From assembly GCA_010093605.1 (NCBI GenBank), contig MU004197.1:434001-498000 (forward strand): 64,000 nucleotides of DNA, read 5' to 3'. Both the position numbers and the translations under genes were made by a program. Position 1 is the stretch's first letter. Every line of letters starts with the position of its first letter. Origin of the DNA: Lophium mytilinum. Lineage: Eukaryota. This document shows positions 12,361-25,149 of the stretch, in pieces. Below the pieces are notes generated by a model. It did no database searches and was not told the origin of the DNA. It saw nothing but the letters and a program-made list of their open reading frames with translations.

Positions 12361-13248
12361 ATGGCGGACATGCTCGGCGGCGGCGGCGGCGTCATGGGCC
12401 AGTTTCCACTAGAGCAGTGGTTTTTCGAGATGCCCGTATGCACACGATGGTGGATGACAGCGGCGCTGGGAGCGAGCGTACTGGTGCAGTGTCACATCAT
12501 CACTCCGTTCCAGCTCTTCTACAGCTGGAAGACCGTATTCTACAGAAGCCAGGTATACCTCTATTTTTAACCGCTCCATAACTCTACATACCTCTCAAAT
12601 ACGGGTACTGACCTGATCTCCTAGTACTGGCGTCTAATTACCACATTCTTCTACTTCGGCCCCCTCAGCCTTGACCTACTATACCATATCTTCTTCCTCC
12701 AGCGCTACTCGCGCCTCCTCGAAGAATCGTCCGGCCGCTCCCCCGCCCACTTCTCTTGGCTCCTCACCTTTGCTTCCGCCCTCCTCCTCTGCATTGCGCC
12801 TATGTTCAGCATGGCCTTCCTTGGCACCGCCTTGTCCAGCACCCTCATATACATCTGGAGCCGCAAGAACCCGGACACCATGCTCAGCTTCCTGGGCCTG
12901 CTTGTGTTTCGCGCGCCATATCTTCCATGGGTACTACTGCTCTTTTCGGTAATAGTGCATGGAACTGTGCCGAAGGACGAAATGTGTGGTATTGTAGTGG
13001 GACATAGTAAGTTCTGGATCGTAAGGTTGAAGATGGCTTGGGGGCTGACAAAGGCAGTCTGGTACTTTATGAACGATGTGTACCCACCGCTACACGATGG
13101 GCATTCCCCGCTAGACCCGCCCGCATTCTGGATCCGATTGTTCGACGGAAGGCCAGAGCCGCCACCACAAATAGAAGAGGACCAAGATACAGCTCCAGAG
13201 CCGATAGACCGAGATCTGCCGGCTGTACAGGTACCAGAAGTGCATTAG
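12361..13248 (+). CDS. DER1: Derlin (Der1-like ERAD membrane protein); introns 12553-12624 and ~13007-13057
   Basis: EMPVCTRWW, QYWRLITTFFYFG, YIWSRKNP, FRAPYLPWVL, GIVVGH motifs; canonical splice sites. Confidence 0.9.
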
Positions 13249-14119
13249 CTTTGCTGAACCATTGCACGGAGTGAAAGGCGCAAGCAAAGCGAAGACATGA
13301 CTTTATATTGAGATACCCGGCGTTTGGCATCGGAAGAACGATTGTGTAGTATGAGAGCATGACGACAGTTGCATATAGGTAGGAGAATCAAAAGCATTCT
13401 TCAAAAAGGCATCTCAAGCCCCCGCAGCCCTATACTCACCCGGTGCCCGGCCCGCGAGCGAATGGAACGTGGGGACAGAGATCACGTGAGACACTGGGTA
13501 CTTCCTAACCGTAGATTCCTCTTATCATCAAATCAAAACACAGCAAAATGTTCACTACGGTCGCTTCCGATCCCTCAAGCATCAACTGAACTCACTCTAA
13601 ACGACCTCCTATACTTCTTCCCCACCACGTCATCCTATCTCCCAATACCCACCTCCCTCATCCATCTCCATCCCCGCCATACCAAGTCCCAGGCAAGTAC
13701 TCACCACCTAGCACTCTCGGAGCATTACCATCAACCAATCAAATTGCCCTCCTTGCACATGCCGGCAGTCAAAAACAGCAGTTGGATCTGCCACCATGCT
13801 AAGATTCCAGGATCGCCGCGGGAGCCAATCAGGCACGCGAAGCGGGCTTACCACTTTAGGCAGGCGGCGGCGATTGGGTTGCGATGGGAGTGCGGTTAAG
13901 CTTTCGGGATTGGAAGCTTGGAAGATGAATGCTTGTTCCTCGAAGGTGTTACTGGTGTTCGCGAAGGAGATAGGCGGGGATGAAAGAGGTATGATGTTTC
14001 AGGTAGAATCGTGTGTTGTGGTTCGTGTACTTATATCTATGAGCTCCTCCTCTTTGTTTCTGGGGATTCAACCAATCTATTCATATCTTTCAGTCGCTTT
14101 TGAAGTTCGCTCGTTCATC

Positions 14120-15187
14120 ATGGCACTCAAACACTTCTTGACCCTCCTTCTCACCACCACTCCCCTCGCTTCTGCCTGGGGCACCCTTGGTCACGACACT
14201 GTCGCCTATATCGCGCAGAACTTCGTCACCAGTGCTACAAAGTCATGGGCTCAAGGCATCCTCGACGACAATAGCTCCTCTTACCTCGCGTCTGTCGCGA
14301 CGTGGGCGGATACGTACCGGTACACTGCTGCTGGGAAATTCTCCGCGCCATATCATTTCATAGACGCAGAGGATAACCCACCAACGAGCTGCGGAGTCGA
14401 CTACACGCGTGATTGCGGGGAGAGCGGGTGTGTCGTCTCTGCCATCCAGAATTACGTACGTGCGACATCTCCCTCATCACATAGCTTATGATAATTGAAC
14501 TGCATCTAACGATCCCAACAGACATCACGCGTAGTAGACGACAGCTTGAGCACCACAGAAAGACAAATGGCCCTAAAATGGATCATCCATTTCATCGGCG
14601 ACATCCACCAGCCGCTGCACGACGAAGCCCTCGACGTCGGCGGCAACACTATCGACGTGACCTTCGAGGGCACGGACACCAATCTGCACCATATCTGGGA
14701 TAGCAATATCCCGGAGAAGCTGATCGGCGGATACTCTCTCACCCTAGCCTCGTCGTGGGCGAAGACCCTCACCGCTGAGATTAAGACAGGGGATTACAAG
14801 AGCGAGGCGAGCGGGTGGTTAGACGGCATCAGTCTTGACGATCCAGTGACCACCTCTATGAGCTGGGCGACGGAGGCTAATGCGTATGTGTGCAGCACGG
14901 TGCTCAAGGGGGGCGTGTCAGCGGTGTCGGGGAAGGAGCTGGATGGGAGTTACTACACTGCTGCGATTCCGGTGGTAGAGTTGCAGATTGCGAGGGCTGG
15001 GTACCGGCTTGCGGCGTGGTTGAATCTGATCGCGACAGGCAAGACGGGGTTGAAAGTTGCGGAGAGGCGGAGGAGTGTGAGGCCGATCCAGCCGGTGAGG
15101 GTGGAGTTGCAGGATTGGGCGAGGCCGTTGAGTGCGGCGCGGTTGGCGAGGTTGGCACACGGATATGATTGTGGGCATGAGCATTGA
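14120..15187 (+). CDS. Secreted S1/P1 nuclease; intron 14456-14521
   Basis: Signal peptide then WGTLGH; WAD, HFID, HFIGDIHQPLH, NLHHIWD zinc ligands; AGYRLAAWLN. Confidence 0.93.
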
Positions 15188-15923
15188 GTATATGATGGGT
15201 GCTTACGTTGGGGGAACACGAGGGTTTTCGACTGCACGAAGGCGGTCTTTCCTAAGTATATTTTTTGAGGGCTACGTTTCACATGAAAATCGGCAATGAT
15301 GCGCTTTGGTCATCAAATGAGTTAGCATTCGGCATATCTAAATCAAGAATTATCAGGTCTTGCCTTCTGCAGCTACCTTGTCGTTCCGAATTGCTATCTG
15401 TATATGAAGCACGTGATAAGCACCTACCACTTTCTGCTCCGATGCATCAATACCAGCCCCTTCTCCAACGTCTTCTGGAACGTTTCCTCCACAGTTTACG
15501 TATTATCCCACAGTAACGCATGGCGGGATCTTTCAGGCCGTTCGAACCACAGCATCGAGCCGGCTTCGGCCCGTCACAGTTATTAGAGGGGTAATCTCCT
15601 TATCTCATCCCACTTCCGCTGGACCCTTACTATGCAGCCCTTCAAATGATCCAACCAGGCACCAAAGTCTGCCTCAACAGTAAGTACCGTCGGGAGCGAT
15701 GTCAGGAAGCAATCGGCAGGGCATCGGTATAGCATCCGACGTCTCGCGGTCAACTCGGCTCCCTTCCGATCAGCGCGTGTAGTCGCGGAGCACGCGTCCG
15801 TCAACAAATCTTCATGAAATAATTTCGCTCTCAAATTTTACATTTCCTCGTCTTCATCTCTGTTCTCTTCTCTATCATTCTTTCTCCCCTAATTAATCGC
15901 GCATCTCCGCACCAACCTTCACA

Positions 15924-17003
15924 ATGGAAATCGGCGTCTTCATCCCCATCGGCAACAACGGCTGGCTCATCTCCACCGCCGCCCCCCAATACAAACCCTC
16001 CTTCGAACTCAACAAAGCCATCGTCCTGAAAGCCGAGAAGTACAACCTCGACTTCGCCCTCTCGATGATCAAGCTCCGCGGCTTCGGCGGCAAAACCGAG
16101 TTCTGGGACCACAACCTCGAATCCTTCACACTCATGGCCGGCCTCGCGGCCGTCACCTCCAAAATCAAGCTCTTCGCCTCCACCGCCATCCTCACGCTGC
16201 CCCCCGCGCTCGTCGCGCGCATGGCTACCACCATCGACTCCATCGCCCCCGGCCGCTTCGGCATCAACATCGTCACCGGCTGGCAGGAGGCCGAGTACAG
16301 CCAGATGGGCATCTGGCCGGGGAACGCGTACTTCGGCTACCGCTACGACTACGCGACCGAGTACGTGCAGGTGATGAAGGAGCTGTGGGCGAGCGGCGTG
16401 TCGGATTTCAAAGGGAAGCATTTCACGATGACGGATTGCAAGATGAGTCCAAGGCCTGTGCACCCGATTAGCATTGTCGCAGCCGGGCAGAGTGGGCGTG
16501 GGCTGGAGTTTGCGAGTGAGAATGCGGATTTTAATTTTGTGATGGGGCAGGGGATTAATACGCCGACGAAGGTGAGGGACGGGACGGAGAAGTTGGTGGA
16601 GGCGAGTGAGAAGGCGGGGAAGGATTGTGGTGCGTATGTGCTGTTTATGGTCATTGCGGATGAGTCGGATGAGAAGGCGCAGGCGACGTGGCAGGGCTAC
16701 CGTGAGGGTGCGGATGTGGATGCGTTGGCGTGGATGGCGGATCAGGGGAAGAAGGATGAGAAGGCGGATGGGAGCTCGACGGCGAAAACGATTAGTCTGC
16801 CGGAGGGAGCTGTCAATTTCAATATGGGAACGTTAGTAGGCAGCTATGAGACGGTAGCGGGGATGTTGGATGAGGCTGCGGAGATGCCAGGGACAAAGGG
16901 GATCATGTTGACGTTTGATGATTTTTTGGTGGGCATGGATAAGTTTGGGGAGAAGATTCAGCCGTTGATGAAGTGCCGGGCGAAGGTTGCGGGAGCTGCA
17001 TAA
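15924..17003 (+). CDS. rutA: Pyrimidine monooxygenase RutA-like (luciferase-like flavin monooxygenase), intronless
   Basis: [18 protein letters not shown]...[37 protein letters not shown]...[15 protein letters not shown] closely matches proteobacterial RutA as I recall it. Confidence 0.9.
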   Translation: MEIGVFIPIGNNGWLISTAAPQYKPSFELNKAIVLKAEKYNLDFALSMIKLRGFGGKTEFWDHNLESFTLMAGLAAVTSKIKLFASTAILTLPPALVARMATTIDSIAPGRFGINIVTGWQEAEYSQMGIWPGNAYFGYRYDYATEYVQVMKELWASGVSDFKGKHFTMTDCKMSPRPVHPISIVAAGQSGRGLEFASENADFNFVMGQGINTPTKVRDGTEKLVEASEKAGKDCGAYVLFMVIADESDEKAQATWQGYREGADVDALAWMADQGKKDEKADGSSTAKTISLPEGAVNFNMGTLVGSYETVAGMLDEAAEMPGTKGIMLTFDDFLVGMDKFGEKIQPLMKCRAKVAGAA

Positions 17004-17348
17004 AGTATGTTCTATCTCGTTAGCCTCTAGGCATCAGTCATTTGACCAGGTGACCTCCTAGTCATTACGTGTTCCTGTGCTTTCTGTAGTATATAAGCCT
17101 ATCTCCCACCTCTTTCTTCGAACTCCAGGGAGAATCGACCGGGCTTTGAGCAAACGGAGAATGGATCAGCCTCCATGGGGTGTCTGTCTCCTAGTGTGGA
17201 GTGTCTTGACCAGGGAGATTATGGGAGCTTGGATGTGCCTCCGATCAAGAAGGCTTACAATCTCACCTCATGGAGTCCTGAGCGGTGTGGTGGACATCCG
17301 TCTATTATACCTTTTCATGATGGTTACCACCACCCCTATCTTTCTTCA

Positions 17349-18086
17349 ATGCTCTACCTCTTCTCTGCCAACGACTCCCCTTCATATCACCAATTCCTAA
17401 CCCTCCCAGCCATCCTTTAACGACAGCACTCACCATACTCCCACCCCTACCGACTACTTAGGACTAGAACCGACGAGGTCCATCATCACCCCGCAGTACT
17501 CCACCCACCACTCCGTTGCAATTCTGCCTCTATGGTTTTGATCCTCCATGCAGCTGTGCCTGGTTCTTTGCTGATCCCCTCCCCACCCACCATGTGCATC
17601 TTGTCTTTCGATTTGATCACCCAGCCACTCCTCCACATTTGTTGATCCAATGTATTGTTTTGATCCCCCAACCCATTCCCCGATGCCACTCTCAATCTCA
17701 CAATCGAGCGAGCTTAAGTACTCCACCGACAGAAGTCTCGGAAGATGTCGGGCCGGTGCTGAGATTATGTGGAAGTCTCGTGACGGATCATTCAGTGCCT
17801 AAGGTTGGAGACGAGAAAAGAATTCGAGAGGGAAGAGGAAGACTCACGTGCCATTCACGGATCTCAGCCGGGCAGCGGGTATATAAACTTTTTTTGCTCG
17901 GGCTGGAGAATGCAGCGGAGTAAGTTTGGAGCCCTCTTGAGGGCGGTGGTTGAAAACCATGATGCAAGAGAGATATGGGTGTGGCGGAGGGGTGCAAACA
18001 TACGACGCGTGAAAGCTGAATGGTGCAGTGGTGTTTGCGGGAGCGGTTGTCGGGCACTTCGGGAGCGTGGTGATGGTGGTCGGTAG
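17349..18086 (+). pseudogene. Possible decayed gene with F-box-like start
   Basis: FLTLPAIL*RQH resembles the fungal FLTLPxELRxxIY motif; C-rich to G-rich gradient like real genes here; many stops. Confidence 0.2.
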
Positions 18087-18570
18087 CGTGTAGGTCTGAT
18101 CATGGGTGGGTTGATAAGATGAGGGAGATGGATATGTCAAAATTCGGTACAAGGTGCAAGGAAATAGGTGGCTGGGTAGCCGTATTGGTTAGGCTCCTAG
18201 CCCCCTATGGCGCTGGCCATATAGCCACGGCTTCGCCCATAAATAGCTCGGAATGCAATCAATCATTATCACTTACGTCGTACCTAAGTCACGTGACCAA
18301 TTTCAACAGGATAGTACGAAAGTAGAGGTGTAGAGAAATGAGTAATATTGAGAGTGGGGATCACCATTGGTAGAGCGATGAGCTTACATGATCCGCAAGA
18401 CACGCCTCTCAGCTCCATGTAGGTGTTGGTTGACACGTTTTGCAATGCCGCCACTCTTCCCAATCCATCAGAAAAGTCCCAGGGCATCTTTGCTCAACCA
18501 AGAGACAATCTTCCCCAGAATCCATGAGGGGAAGTCATCGGATCTGTTGAACAAAATCACTGGCTTGAAA

Positions 18571-18595
18571 CCCGATCCCGATCCCGATCCCGATC
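18571..18595. repeat. (CCCGAT)4 microsatellite
   Basis: cccgatcccgatcccgatcccgatc. Confidence 0.85.
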
Positions 18596-19566
18596 TCCTG
18601 AATCGACCAAATGGTAAGTTAACGAGAGAAAGATGTTTTATATCACTTGTCTGCAGATCACGTGCCCCTCACGTGTCCTGGCAGCCTCATCTTAAGGCCA
18701 ATTATTTTCAGAGCATAGATCCCAAGGACCCTTCAGGATTGGCGAAGGATTCAGGCATCACGGAGTGTCCGGCCACGCGCTTCCAAATTCCTCGGCGAAG
18801 GTGGCGTTATGCAGGTACCCGCGGGCCATTTCGAGCACTAACAGCGAGCTAACTCTGCAAGGCTGGAAGTTCCGGACGCCTCAGTTCTGGCCCATGGGAA
18901 AGCCAAATGTAGCGGGCTGGGCCTATCGATAGTCAGATTACTGGTCCGAAATTTGGACGGTGTAGCTTGGATAGGTTTAGCTCGCCTCCTTATTTGGACC
19001 CCACTACCGGATTCCCATCCTCGCGCCAACAACACCATCGCGGTTCAGCTGCGAAGTGCAGACTAACAAGCGCCTCAACGACTTATGTGAGACCACATTT
19101 CTCCTTACCTGATGGCTATGGTCGTTTCTGCGGAAAAGTGGAGATGGAGGGTTCGCTTTCGACATCAGCGGTTCCATTCTCGCATCGCAAAAGCTTACTT
19201 GAACGGGCAAGCATGAACAGCAGCGAGATGTACCGGTACACTATAGTATTTTCCTTCTGGTGGTGCCGAGTTGCGCACCACCGTAGCCAGCCACACGTTT
19301 CTATTAGTACTTTGATAGGACTTAGATCTCACTTAGTCCTAGCCAAGACCCAAACGAGGCTTTTCGGCGTCTAGTTACGCCACAAATATTCTTCGTCCGC
19401 CTAGACTTACCGATCCCTGTTCCGCAGGCGTCATATATAACAACGCGATGCTCGCGATATCCTTCATGCTTCTCAGACCTCTGGATTCCTGACTGTCACT
19501 ACTCTTAGTCCTTCGGACAAACACGCTCGTTTCAAAATCGCACCTCAGGCGCGTTAGTCATTCATT

Positions 19567-21539
19567 ATGCCCCAATTCTCTTTCGCGCGCCTTGCAGCGC
19601 TTCTAGCTATCGTCCCGGTCTTTATTAATGCCTCTCCGACTTTCCGCAAGATCGGTCGAGCCCCTTCAACGGTGTCCTGCCCTAGCTCTGATGGTCAGAC
19701 TGTCACCATCGGCACTTCATCTTTCCAAATTACATGCGACTATGACTACTGGGGCGGAGATATCACTATGTCTTGGGAGACAACTCTGAGCAATTGTCTT
19801 GCTACTTGTAGTACCACGACTGGATGTGTTGCCATCTCATATAATGGGGGGGCCTGTTACATGAAAGATTCAGCTGATAATGGCCAATCCAACACTGGCG
19901 TTTGGGCTGCTAAAAAGGTTGCTACGCCTTCCAGCTCATCGGCTACCACTTCGTCGACCTCTTCGGCAACTACTACTTCATCTGCGTCCGTCGCGACGAC
20001 TACACCTGAGACGGTCTCTTGCCCAGAATCTGACGGGTTAGCATACACAGCGAAAGACGGCGCTACGTACTTAATCCAATGCTCAACGGACTTTTACGGA
20101 GGCGATCTGAGCGTATCATGGGAGTCAGATCTAGGCAGCTGTATTGAAGTGAGTGAGATAATCTCTGCGGGTAAGATTAGAAGCTGAATGGTGTCACAGG
20201 CCTGCGAAGCAACACCAGATTGTGTTGATGTCGCGTACCGCCCTGGTACTCCTGGTCCCTGCTATCTGAAGTCCACCTTTCGCACCCCAGTGTCGAATTC
20301 AGAGGTCTGGGGAGCAGTATTCGCGCCCGCGACGGCTTTGTCTACCATATCTTCAGCCGCATTATCGACCTCGTCAAGCAGTCCGACAACCTCTGTGTCT
20401 GCCAGTGCAACTTTGTGTCCGGTCCCAACGTGTTCTCCGCCAGCTGGACCTATTAGTCCTGGCACGATCATGGACCCAGGCTTCGAGACTCCCGGCACCA
20501 CTCCTGACTGGGCTCTTATTGATGGTCAATTGGCCGATACCGCAGGTGGATTCTACTTCGAGTATAAGAACGGCGATGTATACAGTGCCCATAGCGGTAC
20601 TCATTACGGACACCAGACCTTCGGCTCTAGGACAGACTGGGGCAAGTTTGGCACCACAATTCTAGACTTGACTCCATGCGCTCAGTACACCGTCACCTTC
20701 TGGGTCCTCAAGAATACCAACGCGCACGCTGTAATCAGCACCGAATCATGCTCACTAGATGCAGTACCTCTCGGTGGTCCGAGCTCTTACAAGCAGTACT
20801 CGTTCACTTTCACGGCGACTGGTACGACTGCCAATTTCGCTATTACGGGATCGTGCCCTGCATTTGACGGGGCTTGTGGACTTCTCTATGACGATTTCGA
20901 AATTGCTCCCGTCCAAGCCGCTGCAGCCACATCGACCACTTCAACGGCGTCGAGTACTCCCACTCCAACTCCTACTCCTACTGCAACACCGACACCTACG
21001 CCAACTCCAGTACCCAGTGGCTGCGGCCTGATCCAGGACATGGACTTCGAAACTCCCGGCACTTCTATAGACTGGACGGTGGTGCAGTCGATTCCCTCAA
21101 CCAACGGCGTCACCGTTGCCTTTGAGAACCGCGACAGCCCAGCTGGCACAGCCCAGCTGGCACAGCCCGCGGTGGCACTCACTACGGCTACCAGAGTATC
21201 TTCTCCGGCGGCGGCGGTCATTTCGGCACCACAATTACGAACCTCAACGTGAACACTCCGTACTCCGTTGCCTTCTGGGTCAAGAAGAATATCTATGCGG
21301 ACGTCTGGATCATGATCAACGGGATCAACGGGAACATCCGCATACCGCCTGCCTCTGCTGGAGGGTTGACCGATAGTACAGTTTGGTATCACCAATCATT
21401 TGTGACAATGGCCTTTAGTACTAGTGTAGTGATTGAGTTTGATACAACCTGCCCGGGGTATGATGGGCAGTGCGATGTGTATTGGGATGACTTCTCGGTG
21501 TACCCGGTGACGGGGGTGCCGGCTGGATGCCCGCACTAG
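19567..21539 (+). CDS. Secreted modular protein: two PAN/Apple-like Cys domains, S/T linkers, two CBM4/9-like beta-sandwich repeats; intron 20149-20199; second CBM-like repeat frameshifted by a 14-bp duplication
   Basis: Signal peptide; C-P-x-S-D-G...C..D..GGD...C...C.....C.AVSY...CY.K twice; DPGFETPG..DW and DMDFETPG..DW; YTVTFWV/YSVAFWV; DDF ends. Confidence 0.75.
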
Positions 21540-21905
21540 AACGTCCCTCCCATTAGTCTATTTTCTACCATTACGTTTATGAGTATTCCTATATCAGCAT
21601 ATAACACATCCTACTTGTTGTCAGCATCTTGAACCTGTTTTCTGACAGCCACTTTTTATTCTAAACCGGTCTGCCCATCTCTTGCACAGGACTATGGGAA
21701 ACCTTCGCAAATTACGATTCGTCTGGAATGTGTTTAAGATTGGACAGGTAAAGTTGCCAGTCCCAGCTTTCGAAGACGTTACACCACGTCAACTCTCTAC
21801 GTCAGTGCTCCCACTCTCTCACGACGAGAACTTCTTCATTGCCGAACCATTTGCTTGTGTTGTTTTGGACCTTAGCCCACTTCTATCTCAACTGAACTCT
21901 ACATT

Positions 21906-23414
21906 ATGCCCGGAATTACATTCTCGCAAACCGTTGCTCTTCTAGTCATTGCGTTAACCTCCGTTTCTGCGTCGCCGACTCCTCACGAAATCCTCGATCC
22001 AACAACGTCTTGCCCAGCGTCCAACGGCCAGACCGTCAACATTGGCAGTTCTTTATTCGCTATTTCATGCAATTATGACTTTTACAGCGGAGACATGAGT
22101 AAAAGCCCCCGAAATTGGACTGTTTTCCTGATACTCACATTTTGGATTGCAGGTATGTCATGGGAATCCAGCCTCACCAAATGCCTCTCTACGTGTGACA
22201 TCACGCCGGGATGCATCGTAGTTTCATACACTGGTGGCGCATGCTACATGAAGAGCCGCAACAATGGCGGACAACCTGCAGTTGGGATTTGGTCCGCTCA
22301 AAAGGTCGCCAAACTTCCTTTCAGCGCGTCAAATGCGGCTTCCACCACTTTGAGCTCCTCGGCTTCTATAGCTAAGGCAAATTCGAGCCCTTCAACGCTC
22401 TCCTGTCCTGCGTCACATGGGTCGATGTACACTTCAGCAGGCAGCATCTTCAAGATAGAGTGTTACACGGATCACTTTGGAGGCGATACTAGACTCTCGT
22501 GGGAGTATAACCTTCAGAGTTGTATTGAGGTAAGCGAATAATATGATGCGCGCGCGTTCCAAACATGCAAACTAACCAGTGTACAGAGTTGTGATGCAAC
22601 GACAGACTGCATTGATGTCTCATACCGCCCTGGCTCTCCCGGCCCCTGCTACATGAAGTCTGCGGTGCTCAGCACTGGGACGAATCCGAACATATGGGGC
22701 GCTCTACGCAGTGGAATAGCTTCGAAGGTTTCTTCAGTAACCTCCAACTCAATAGCTGTACCCTCTTCGAGCTCCTCACCTTGGCCTTCTACATCATCCT
22801 CCACCTCTCCAAACTCGACGACGGTAATAACTTCAAGTCCCGCGGCCTCAAACAGTACGACATCTCCAATTTCTTCAAGCATAGCACCATCTCCATCACT
22901 GCCCTCCCCACCACCACCTCCAATCCCTTCAATAGGCTGCGGCATAATCCCAGACCCCGACATGGAAACCCCGGGCACAACCCTCGACTGGCACATCCTC
23001 AGCAACTTCACCACTAACTCCTCAACATCCGCCGGCTTCTACCGCACCCAAGCATCCACCGAAACCAGCCACAAAGGCCTCAACGTCTTCTACACCCTCA
23101 GCACCTCCCCGGACGACAGCGTAGCCTGGGGAACCACCATTTTGCAACTCACTGCGGGCATACGCTACACTGTCAGCTTTTGGGTACGGAAGAATGCGCC
23201 TGGGACGTCGGTGGTTTTTGTGGATGGGCTGCAAAGGGGAACGGTGCCGGCAGGTGGGGATTTACTGTGGCATCAGTATGAGGTGGGGTTTGCGGCTCAG
23301 GGGGAAAGGGCAGGGCTTGTTTTTGTGTCGGCGTGTCCGGGGTATGGGGGGTTTTGTGGGCAGATATTTGATGATTTTGCGGTTATGGTGGAAGGTGGTG
23401 TGTGTACGGCGTAG
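21906..23414 (+). CDS. Tandem paralog of 19567-21539: two Apple-like domains plus one CBM-like domain; introns 22099-22152 and 22530-22586
   Basis: Shared SCIE|(intron)xCxATxDCxDVxYRPGxPGPCYxKS, DPDMETPGTTLDW, YTVSFWVRKN, CPGYGGFC...DDF. Confidence 0.8.
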
Positions 23415-23616
23415 ATTGAGGACCTGGGTATTGCTACTTGGAAAAGTTTGAAATCGAGTGTCGGTGTCGTTGCTGGGCTTCAGTCGATCTGATCATTCTT
23501 TCATGCTACTCTTGATAATTGAATTGATAGGATTGGGACCCCTACACTTCTTTTGCGATCAAAATGATCTGATATTCCCAACCTCCAGCTCCCCGCAGCT
23601 TTCCGTCCGCTGACCG

Positions 23617-24705
23617 TTACGGCATCACCACGATCTTTACCGCGTCCGGTCTTACCACCGCCCGAATCGCCTCCTCCACATCCTCCAATGCAAAACGATG
23701 CGTAATGAGCTCTTCGAATCCTAACCTCTTCCCATGCTCCTCCGCAATCTCCACCGTCCTCTTATAGTTCTCCGGCTCAATCCCCACACTCCCAATAAGA
23801 CTTAGATTAAAATTAACAATCCTCACCGCATCAATCGGATACACCGCCTTGCCTGAGAAAAGTCCCACAATCAAGAACCTTCCATTCATTCCCAGCAGCT
23901 CAAACCCCTCTGGAAACGCCGCCGGTACACCCGCCGCCTCAATAACCACATCCGCGCCCCGCCCTCCCGTAATCTCTAAGATCTTCTTTCTCCTCTCTTC
24001 AACCGTTGTACTACTAACAGACAACACACACGTCGCTCCCAACCTCTCCGCCGCTCTTAACCTCACCTCCGGATCCCCAATCACAACCACAGACCGCGCC
24101 TTCGCCAGCCCCGCCAGCACCGTCATCGCCAACCCCACGGGCCCCGACCCCTGCACAACTATATCCGCTCCTGGCTTCAGCTCCCCCAGCCGCCCAAAGG
24201 CCCGTAACGCAGTGGGCATCGCGCACCCGAACGCAATAACACTCTCGGACGTCGTCCCCTCGGGGATCCTGTAATAAAAATGCTTCTCACTTAGCGTAGC
24301 GTACGTCCGATACGCCGCCGCATTCGGGCTCCCAGCCGGCACCGGCCAATTCAGCTCAGGACACTTCATAGGCGTGCTCGCGGCGCAAGCGGGGCAGGTG
24401 GCTAAGCTGCACGGGGTTGAGGGGCCCCAGTAGACGCGGTCGCCGAGGGCAAGGGAAACGCCGGCGCGGTCGTGGGTGATGGAGGTGCCGAGGGTGGCGA
24501 TCGTGCCGACGCCTTCGTGGCCGAATGAGATGGGGGCAGGGGGTGGGGGGTAGTCGCCGGTGAGGCGGTGGAGGTCGCTGCCGCAGACGCCGGCGTGGGA
24601 GACGCGGATGAGGAGGGAGGTTGGAGGGGGGGAGGGGGTGGGTTCGGTGGTGAGGGTTGTGGGGGTGTTGGGGGAGGTGAAGACGGCGACGGTTGTGGGG
24701 AGCAT
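23617..24705 (-). CDS. Zn-dependent medium-chain alcohol dehydrogenase (MDR), intronless
   Basis: GVCGSD, GHEGVG, structural-Zn Cys cluster, GSGPVG, ITHRFALEDV. Confidence 0.9.
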   Translation of the reverse strand: MLPTTVAVFTSPNTPTTLTTEPTPSPPPTSLLIRVSHAGVCGSDLHRLTGDYPPPPAPISFGHEGVGTIATLGTSITHDRAGVSLALGDRVYWGPSTPCSLATCPACAASTPMKCPELNWPVPAGSPNAAAYRTYATLSEKHFYYRIPEGTTSESVIAFGCAMPTALRAFGRLGELKPGADIVVQGSGPVGLAMTVLAGLAKARSVVVIGDPEVRLRAAERLGATCVLSVSSTTVEERRKKILEITGGRGADVVIEAAGVPAAFPEGFELLGMNGRFLIVGLFSGKAVYPIDAVRIVNFNLSLIGSVGIEPENYKRTVEIAEEHGKRLGFEELITHRFALEDVEEAIRAVVRPDAVKIVVMP

Positions 24706-25149
24706 GGTGGTGGTTTGGAGGTTGGATGAGATGATTTGAATGAGGAATGTAGATAAATGGGATTGGACGTTAAAAAGGTGGGGAGAGAGGGGGGATTAGA
24801 TATGACACTTCTGGGACGCTCAAGTAAAAATGAGGGTTCTTTGATGATGCTTGATATTTGATGGAAAAGAGATAGAAAATCATGGCCGGAATTCTAATGT
24901 CAATTCCGAACAGCGCCGGGAATCTAGAGCCGTGGGTATTGTGATGAGTAGCATCCTAGAAGGCCCTCCCATCTGAAATACTGTTCGAATGGGACCACGT
25001 TCATACAAACTGATTGCTTTTGCACGAAGAGAGGCATGGAAGTCGCGACAGAAGCCTTGGAGGTTGATTTCCGCTAGGCCACAAGGAGTCTAGCGAACAC
25101 TTCGACCCCATTCTTACTGAACTTTAGAGCTCTGGAAGTAACACATTAT

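Noticed and set aside
13680..13855. RNase MRP/P-like motifs (AAGTCCC...GGGCTTAC) on the plus strand
   Set aside because: CR-I consensus poorly matched and no supporting P1-P3 pairing visible
18284..18487. LQNVSTNTYMELRG resembling a ricin-B lectin strand
   Set aside because: Only a short fragment; no further QxW repeats or convincing gene model
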